Shown: piece by piece, positions 55,705 to 64,000 of the stretch
How positions within the stretch are numbered: position 1 is the first letter of the stretch
Layout: every line of letters starts with the position of its first letter
Assembly (NCBI RefSeq): GCF_009914755.1
Contig: NC_060945.1
DNA: 64,000 nucleotides
DNA from: the human T2T-CHM13v2.0 reference genome, Homo sapiens
Reading direction: 5' to 3' (one strand)
Translations under genes and position numbers: made by a program
Notes under the pieces: model-generated
Database searches by the model: none
Seen by the model: the letters and a program-made list of their open reading frames with translations, nothing else
What the model was told of the DNA's origin: nothing

Positions 55705-56273
55705 GTAGTTCTAGTGGTTTTAAAATACACTCACAAATTCTTTTACACTGAAGAGGTCTTCAGAAGGTGGAACCTAAGACTGCCCCTCACCCTTAGTGTG
55801 AGCTGGATTTAGTGAGTTGCTTCTAACAAATAGAATAAAATGGAAGTGATGATGTTTAACTTCTGAAATTAGATCTTAAAAGGAATTGTGGCCTCTTCTT
55901 GTTCTGTGTCTTAGATACTCACTCTGGGGAAACCAGATGACATTCTGCGAAGACACTCAGCCTCATGGATAGACCAAAGTGGCAAGGGACCTATCCCTGC
56001 AGTCAATTCCCATAAAAAAACTGAGGTCACCTACCTATAGCCATGAGAGGGAGTTAGAAACAAACCTTTCAGCCCCAGTCAAGCCTTCAGATAACACCTT
56101 GAGCGACACTAACCACCTGAGATTATAACCACATGAGAGACTCTAAGCTAGAAATGCCCAGCTATACCACTCCCCAACTCCTGACCCACAGGGACTGTGA
56201 AATAATTTTTTTTGTTTGTTTTAAGCCCCTAAATTTTAAAGTAATTTGTTATGCGTCAATAGATTTGTAATAC
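55705..56273 (+). mobile_element. MaLR LTR (MLT1F/G-like)
   Basis: TTGCTTCTAACAAATAGAAT, CAGCCCCAGTCAAGCCTTCAGAT, CTCCTGACCCACAG, TTTTAAGCCCCTAAATTTT. Confidence 0.7.
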
Positions 56274-56907
56274 AATAGTTAAAAGTCATATAATGGATAA
56301 GAAAGTACTTGAAATAAGAAACATTGATCAATACACAATATCATTATTTTGTCATAATATAATCATGTCATACATAAAGACTATCATTTGGTTGACACTG
56401 TCATTTTGGACTCTTTTTGTTTGTTTGTTTTCCCCCTTTTAGATTGTTCACACTTTTGTTTAGAACTCCCTCAAATCTGTCTGATAAAACCTAGTGAAAG
56501 ACCTGTCTCTCCTGCTTGTTAATATATCACAGCATAACCTTAAATTATTTCTCCAGTGACCCAGCGTTGTGACCTCAGTTAAGCTCATGAAAAATTGGTC
56601 CCATTTTGTCCATTCTACACGCATCTCCCAAAAATTGTGTGCTATGTTGGATACAGTTTTAATTCTGTACATAGCCAATGGGATGTGTATGGCCAATATT
56701 TTATTTGTTAGTAATCCAATTTTCATCTTAAGGACTAAATGACTAACTCTAAATGCTGGTTACACTACATGAGAACTGAAGGAGGCTAGTTTAGTTTGTG
56801 CAATAAGAGGTGAGTCTAGACACTGTTTAACTGTGGACACAGTTTTGTCTGATTGCTTACATAGAGCAGAGTTTAGCATTAGCAAAAGTGATTGTTTTAA
56901 AAATAAG

Positions 56908-57330
56908 GTATCAGAAATGTATTCGGCTTTGAGGAAGAGAATAACCAACAGTGGTGGCTTAAACAAGTATGGGGCTTATGTTTCTGTAAAATAGAAGTGC
57001 AGACATAGGGTTTCCAACCCGGGTGCCGCTTCTCAAGGATGTCCTCAGTGAATCAGGCTCTATGCATGTGCCTGTTCCACCATCCTTCATGTGTGCCTTT
57101 GCCTCACGGCTGGAAGACAGCTGCTGACTTACCAGGTATTACATCCAGCTCCAGGCAGGAAAGAGAGCAAAAAACAAAGCTTTATCCTCATGAGACTCTG
57201 CCTTATTTTTTTTATTTTCCAGAAAAGAAAGTCCTCCTCTGGAATTTCTGACTATATTTCATTGGCCACAACTGGATTCCATGGCCACCCCTAACTACTG
57301 GGGAGGCTGAGAATTCAAATGCTGAAAATT
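56908..57330 (-). mobile_element. Old MaLR LTR (MLT1J/K-like)
   Basis: AACAGTGGTGGCTTAAACAAG ... TCATTGGCCACAACTGGATTCCATGGCCACCCCTAACT...GGGAGGCTGAGAA. Confidence 0.6.
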
Positions 57331-58391
57331 GCAATCTCCATAGTGAAAGACACGAAGAAAGAAATTGATTGAAATGGGTTAATTAATTCAATTAGCAACA
57401 CTTTTTCTCAGCAAAGGAGCTGAGAAAGAAAATGTTTTGGTTCAGTCCTGGGTAGGGGTGCTTGACAGTGCTTAATATCACCAGCACTGAAGGTAATAAA
57501 TATTATCTCTCTTTTCTATCATGAATATGAATGATACTCTGAAGGCTGAATGCAACCTCAGAATTTAAGTGAGAAATGAGGCATGCAACACTTTTGAAAA
57601 TATATTAGCCCAAAGTCTGTATTACTGCATATTTTATTCCCCTTTTAATATGCTACAAAAGGTTTGAGCCATCAGCTGAATGCTGCCAGAGAAGAACAAA
57701 CAAGAACAAGAATGCAAAAATAAATGCTGGGAGTCAAGTTTTCCCAAGATGTTCTTTATAGTTGGTGTATGATCACATTTCTAAGCAGACTGCTTTGCTT
57801 CAAGCTCTACCCATCAGCACTTCTTCCACAAGCCTGGTTCTCCAGGAAGTTTATCCCGGGCTAACTATGCAGAAATATACGTGGGGCAAAGTGGGTACTG
57901 GAGAAAGCATTCCATGAACTCCTTCTTTTGCCCTGCTACCTGATTCTGTGTAACTTCTTCCATGCCTGAGATCTTCTCTTCCATTTTGAGAACATGAAGG
58001 AAACATGTTTGCTTAAGTACGTTCTGGTTGGGAATTAAATATTTAATTCTGATCATTTTTAGTGTCTGAAATATATTTCGTAAGCATGGTCATATGATAA
58101 TTATAACTATAAAATGTTTTACATTCTACAAACTTTATCCCATGTTACTAATATTCAGGAAATGATCATAGGAAAATATTTGCACTAGGATACTATTCAT
58201 TATTTTAACTCTTTCTATTTATACATAGTTTTAAGAAATTCTACAATGAATTTATATCATCTTCATAATAGGGAACAAAAATAAACTTCACTTTTTCCAT
58301 GAGGCTGTTGTCTTCCAAGACCATACCTAAGCCAAGTTTGGGTTTATAAAGTCAAAATCATGAGATATCCCATCTGTGAACAAATACTCAT

Positions 58392-59222
58392 GGCTATAAT
58401 TTGGACGTTTGTTGTTTCCAAACTTCATGTTGAAATTTGACCCTCAATATTGGATGTGGGGTGATATGGTTTCATTGTGTCCTCACAAAAAATCTCATCT
58501 TGAATTGTAATCCCCATAATTCCCACGTGTCAAGGGCGGGATCAGATGGAGGTAACTGGATCATGGAGGCAGTTTCCCCCATGCTGCTGTCATAATAATG
58601 AGTGACTCTCATGAGATCTGATGGTTTTATAAGCATCTGGCATTGCCCTTGCTTGCACTCACTTCATCCTGCCACCCTGTGAAGAAGGTGCCTGCTTCTC
58701 CTTAGCCTTCTGCCATGGTTGTAAGTTTCCTGAGGCCTCCCCAGCAAGGCAGAACTGTGAGTCAATTAAACCTCTTTCCTTTATAAATTACTTAGCCTCG
58801 GGTATTTCTTCATAACATTGTGAGAGAGGACTAATACATGGGGCCTAATGGCAGGTGTTTGGGTTATGGGGCTGAATCCTTCTACAATAGGTTAATGTTC
58901 TCCCTCAGTGGTGAGTTCTCACTCTATTAGTTCCTGCGAGAGCCAGTTGTTTCAAAGAGCTAGGGGTGCACCTCTCCCTGCCTTGCTTCCTCTTTTGCCT
59001 TGGAATCTCTGGGTCCCCTTCACCTTCAGCCATGAGTGGAAGCAGCCTGAGACCTTCACCAAATGCAGATGCCCAATCTTGAACTTTCCAGCCATCATAA
59101 TTGTGACCCAAATAAACCTTTTTCTTTATAAACTACCCGGTCTCAAGTATTTCTTTATTTTGTTTTTATTATTGTTTCTTTATTTTGTGTTGTATTATTG
59201 CAACACAAAATGGACTAAGACA
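58392..59222 (+). mobile_element. MST-type MaLR LTR hosting a nested THE1/MST LTR
   Basis: GCTATAATTTGGACGTTTG...CTTCATGTTGAAATTTGA. Resumes CCTAATGGCAGGTGTTTGGG and ends GCAACACAAAATGGACTAAGACA. Confidence 0.8.
58462..58838 (+). mobile_element. THE1-like MaLR solo LTR, nested
   Basis: TGATATGGTTT...AATCTCATCTTGAATTGTAA...GGACTAATACA. Perfect 5-bp TSD TGGGG (58457-58461, 58839-58843). Confidence 0.88.
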
Positions 59223-61320
59223 CTCACCAACTCTCTTGAATTCAAGAGTTTCATGGTTTGTGTACTGAATATTGTCACATAAAAATACCACTTCCTAGGC
59301 TCCAGTCATGACGATCCAGGTGAACAGGAGTATGGCACCAAAGTCTGCCTTTTTAAGTAATACTCCAGTTGAGGCTGATACAGACAGTTCTCAGATACAC
59401 TTGGAAAAACACTTATCTGATAGTCATTTGTTCACTGATGGAAGGCCAAGTTTCATGCCATAGTCCACTCTTATGCACACTGACAAGCCACTTTGCTACT
59501 CACACCAGCTTCTCCATTTGACAGTGGCTGCCTCTCTTCCCCATCTTTCAACAGATAGTTTGCATCTCCTTCTCCTCAGTCACAAGGAGTTAATAAATTA
59601 ATATTTTGCATAACACTCTTTGTTAAACTATTCTGTCATATAGATAAGTGTTTCTTAGTTAAATTCAATTGAATGTCTACTGTGAATAAAATTTAGATAA
59701 GACCAGTGCCTACTCCCAAACGACGATTTTTAGATTAGATGGCTCCTGCTTGTCTGTCACTAGGTATGAATTCCTTCGATCTTTAGTGATACACTACATG
59801 TCACAGTTGAATGGTTACCATTTGGAAGCACCATTTCTTGCCCAATTTTAACCTTCAGAAGCATTGTTGTTAGGGTAAAGATTTATCTTTAACCATTTTA
59901 TTCAAAGAACTTTCTATGTTACTTTCTTCTTTCCACGAAACGGGTCTATTTTTCTACGAAAAACCTACAGAAGGATTTCCTCTTGGCAGAAGGCATGTCT
60001 AGTGAGCTATTCCAGTAAACCAGCTGTTATTTTTCTCCTGGCCAGCAGACAATGCTTCACTTAGATATTATATCTGAGGTCTCATCTGAATTTAGGAAAA
60101 TGAGACTGCTTGTTTCAGAGATAATCTTCCAGCTGTGCTTGTGCAAGTCTTATTAAGCCCTTGAAAGAGTAAGAGGAGAAGGAGGGTGAGGGAGAAGAGG
60201 AAGAAAAGAGGAGGAGCAATGACAACAAATGAATTTTTGAAAGTATGTCTTAACTACCAGACATAGAACTATAGTGTTTTAATGACAGGTCTCACTGAAT
60301 CCCATGAAAGTACTGAGATATTTTTTATAGATGTATTTTACAGATGATAAAAACAGAGGCAGAGAGAGTCTAAGTAAATTGCACAATGCCACATAGCTAC
60401 TAACAGTCAAAGCAAGATTCAAACTGAGCTCTGTCTGATATCAGAGCTCTCATCCATGCACTGTGGGAGAACCCACTGGGAGATACTACAAGGGCAATGT
60501 GTTATCACATCTTGTAGCATAGGCCTATCACTCTGGTAGCATCAGAGCAGTCAGCAGAAACTCTAGTGGATCAAAATCATGATCTACCATCTAATTTATT
60601 GGAGGGCCTCCAATAGCCTCAGGAATCAGGCTGGATTTAGGAATGTGAGCCCCCCCTTCCTCACCAAATCAGCACTTTATAATTCATATGCTATGTACCT
60701 TCTATCCACTGCACCGAAGAAGTTCAGTTCTAAATTTTCTAATGAAACTATCAGAATGATTAAAGAGAACCTCATGGCTGTCAGAGAAAATATCAAAAGT
60801 CAGTCTGATGCCTGAATTGGCCTTGTTGACTCATATATCCTCTCTTGTTACAGGGTGAATAGCAAGTATTTGGCCATTGATTAATGTTACATTACTATTA
60901 TTAGTGAGGCCAAACATTCAGACTTTTTTAATTATCCAAACTCCTGGGCTAATTAATGCAGTTTTGAAAGGGATTGGTCAGGACTCACAGTTTATGTTTT
61001 TATATAAGTGTTTAGCATAGGTCTTGACAGGAACATCCCAGTATATTAATTTAATATTCCCAGAGTTACTTATCAAAAGGCTGTACAACATGATGTTTTG
61101 CAAAATCAAAATAGTTTATTATCTTATCATCATTGAATTTTTTTCATTTATATTTCAATTCACAGGGACATAAGCATATCAATTATAAAGCAACCTATAA
61201 TAACTAAATAGAAACTAGCTAAAAGGCTGTGTAAGTATTGTACACTATGCCTAATATATTACAGAGCTGAGTAACAAGACGATTTTCACAAAACACGCAA
61301 ATGCTGATTATTCACATTAC

Positions 61321-61397
61321 CTGATAGGAAGTTCCTTGTAGAGTTTTTCCTTGATAGGTATGTATGTTGTTACTTAGAAAATCATCTTCATTTAGAT
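61321..61397 (-). CDS. SAMSN1: Coding exon of a long SAMSN1 isoform, 77 nt, phase 1 to 0 (xLNEDDFLSNNIHTYQGKTLQGTSYQ)
   Basis: Acceptor ttatctcttttcttag|ATCT and donor CAG|gtaatg. Stop-free in the frame that joins the 53376 exon. The upstream partner exon lies outside the window. Confidence 0.72.
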
Positions 61398-63524
61398 CTA
61401 AGAAAAGAGATAACTGTTACATACAGAATATCAGACATTACAGGATTTAGGAAGTTTCGGTGCAATTTAACACTCATGTTTTTATTTAGTCTGTAAGACA
61501 TTACATTGGCTACGTCAAAAATATTTTTTTTTGTTAAATATATGCTATTTTTCTTTTTTTTTAACAAGAAACAGATCAAAATAAAATAGAAATTTAACAA
61601 AATAGGGATGCCGCTGACCATCTGTGTCCCTGAGGAAGTGATGGAAATTCACTGTGACTCCCTTTCTTGGTAATAATAGGATTGTGGACTAGCTACAAAA
61701 GCCACTTCTAACTTCAACATGCTATGACTCCATGCAGTTATCACCTCACCTGTTTCTATTAAACTAAGCTTTCCACCCCTGGCATTTTGAGCTTCATTAG
61801 CTTAGGTCTTCTCAACATGAATTATTTATGTTGAAATTGTTCTATGCATGCTTTAGTGAAAGCTTTGCAATGTAGCATCCATTTGCTTGCAGCTAAATGA
61901 AACCTTTTCAAATGCAGCAGCACTTCCCTTTTAGCTCCTGCAAATGGGAGCTTCATTTATTTAAGTCTGAAATATATGGTATGTTAAAAGAGGACAAGAC
62001 TTTATGGGTCACTTAATCCAAGCCTCTTATTTTACAGATAAGGAGAGTGCAACCCAACATCACCTGGTCAGCAGACCAGGGCCGTTTCCTTTCACTTTCA
62101 CTCCTATTTACTTGCAACCATTGCTTCAGTTTTCTACTATTCCTCATTCTCATATTCTGCAGTGGAAGCAGGGACAGGCAAGTCCTATCCTCCATGCACA
62201 GTGATAAATAGGTGCAGATTTTTCTCCAGATCTCCATCATAGCTATAGTTAAAAGATATGTTAAATTCACAGCTCAGTCTCAAAGTTATTTGCACCAATA
62301 ACTTAATATTTAAAATGAGAGTAACCATACAACAGAATTCCAGAAAGTACCTAAATTTTAAACTGAGCTGATTTTTTGATCTGGTTCTTTGAATCAAGAA
62401 TTTATGTCACAGGGTCAGGCTGCTAGAAGCTGAGCTTTTGCAGCTTGGTTTTTAGTTTCTGAACTGGGAAAAAAAAATATTGCCTCCCCTCTTATTCCTT
62501 TCCATCTTGTCTCTTTTAGTCACCTTTTTACAGGAATTTTGAATGACTCCTTCTATAAGCATTCTTCTAGGTGTAGAAAAAGAACAGTAAAGTGGCCTCC
62601 TGTGTTCTAGAATCTGGAATCAAGCTGAGAAAATAAGATACGAATATGTGCAATGCACTTTCATAACAACACAAGGCAGAAAAATGAGTGATTCACACAC
62701 AATACTATGGAGAGAGACCACTATGACTCAGAGAACTTGTGGAAGAGACAAGGCCAGAATGGAAGCTTGAAGAATGGATACAGTTTGAAAAAGTGGAAGG
62801 AAAGGAAAAGGTGTAAATATAGCAGTGATTCCATGAACCCTGGCCTATTATGCAGCATAAACGGAACATGTTTAATTAAGTGTAGAGATTGAGGCTGGTT
62901 AGGCCAGAGGGCAATTCTGGATATAGAGTAAGAGGAGGTAGGGCTGGATAGGTGACTGAGGCCAAATTGTAATGGGCCCTGAGTACCAGATGGAAGAATT
63001 TGGGCATAAACCATTAGACCAATGTTGTAAATATAAATATCTACAGGAATCAAATATATAACTAAATGAAGTTAATTAGATCAAGAAGGCAATGGGAATT
63101 CTACAGTGAGCTTAAAATCCAGCTCCACAGCTAAAGAGTAGCCATGGCTCTGAGCTCTCTCAGTTGAAGTCACCTGAGACTTTGGGTCCTGGATTGGAAA
63201 TTTCCCTCATGTTTTTCAAGGATATACAAATATACGGATTTTAATGTAAAATTTCCTGATTTTTAAAACGCCATATGGCCCCAAACAAGCTTTTCTTCTG
63301 AATAAATTCAGCTATAGAGGTACCATTTTACAGCCCCTGCTGTAAAAAATGGGGGACCTTTAAGGGCTGGGACTAAATTAGGCACACTTAAACCTTTGGT
63401 GTCTGGTCTTACACGTTTTTGTTTATTTATGATTCCCAAATATTACTCTCCAAAAATGTTTTATAAAGACAGAATCTATTTGGTCCTAAGTAGCAGCAAA
63501 GGCAGGAGTTGAATTAGACAATAT

Positions 63525-64000
63525 GCAGGCTATATTTTCCAAAGTTGGCCACAACCATGCCTCCCATTCCGTGTGTTTTTTTGCAAAGTGACTTTCCCAT
63601 TCCATCAAGAAATGGTGTCTAATTCTTCTCCTGTTGACTCTGGGGTGATCTTAGTGACTCACTTGTCACAGTAGAGTGCAGTGGAAGTAATATTTTGTGA
63701 CTTCCAAGGTTAGGTTAAAGAAGCCTTGTATAAGCCGGGGGCAGTGGAGGACCTATATCCCAGCTGCTTGGGACGCTGAGGCAGAGGAATGCTTGAGGCC
63801 AGGAGTTTCAGATCAGCTTGGGCAACAGAGTGAGGCCTTGTCTCAAAAAGCAAAAAAACAAAAAAACAATTACAAAACAAGAAACCTTGCAGCTTCTACC
63901 TTGGGTTCTTGGGATGTTCATTCCTTGATGCTTCTTCCTGTGATGTGTGAAGCTCCCTTGAATGTTGCACACACTTGAAACCCAACCCTGAGGCTGGGAG
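63525..64000 (+). mobile_element. MaLR LTR (MLT1G/H-like) interrupted by an Alu monomer at about 63733-63870
   Basis: CCATCAAGAAATGG, TTAGTGACTCACTTG, GTGGAAGT...TGTGACTTCCAAGG. FLAM-like GCCGGGGGCAGTGG...CTTGAGGCCAGGAGTTT...poly-A. Confidence 0.65.

Noticed and set aside
60698-60811. Exon-like minus-strand segment ending AAG|gtacat
   Set aside because: The longer acceptor gives stops in all frames. The open frame from the shorter acceptor runs phase 1 to 2, which does not fit the phase-0 intron. Weak donor.

Overview
AT-rich primate (human/great-ape type) genomic DNA covering the 5' region of SAMSN1 (HACS1/SLy2), transcribed on the minus strand. Apart from a few short exons it is intron filled with Alu, L1, L2, MIR, MaLR/ERV1 LTR and MER repeats. 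Nearly all ORF-track entries are repeat-derived or random. The canonical first coding exon (MLKRKPSNVSEKEKHQKPK) is at 5545-5601. Far upstream, four exons with canonical splice sites (61321-61397, 53311-53376, 42957-43083, 41443-41795) join in one stop-free frame of 623 nt. That frame ends in phase 0, so it can replace exon 1, and part of it resembles the SASH1 N-terminal region. This implies a long SASH1-like SAMSN1 isoform whose start lies beyond the window end. Other notable structures: a 479-bp, about 95%-identical inverted duplication inserted into an ERV1 LTR with junction microhomology; a (TTAGGG)3 insertion inside an Alu; a 42-bp templated direct duplication; two nested MaLR insertions with target-site duplications (TSDs); a candidate 9-nt microexon; and ETS, STAT6 and NF-kB motifs upstream of exon 1. 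Gene, paralogue and repeat-family names come from memory, not from a database search. Repeat boundaries are approximate.
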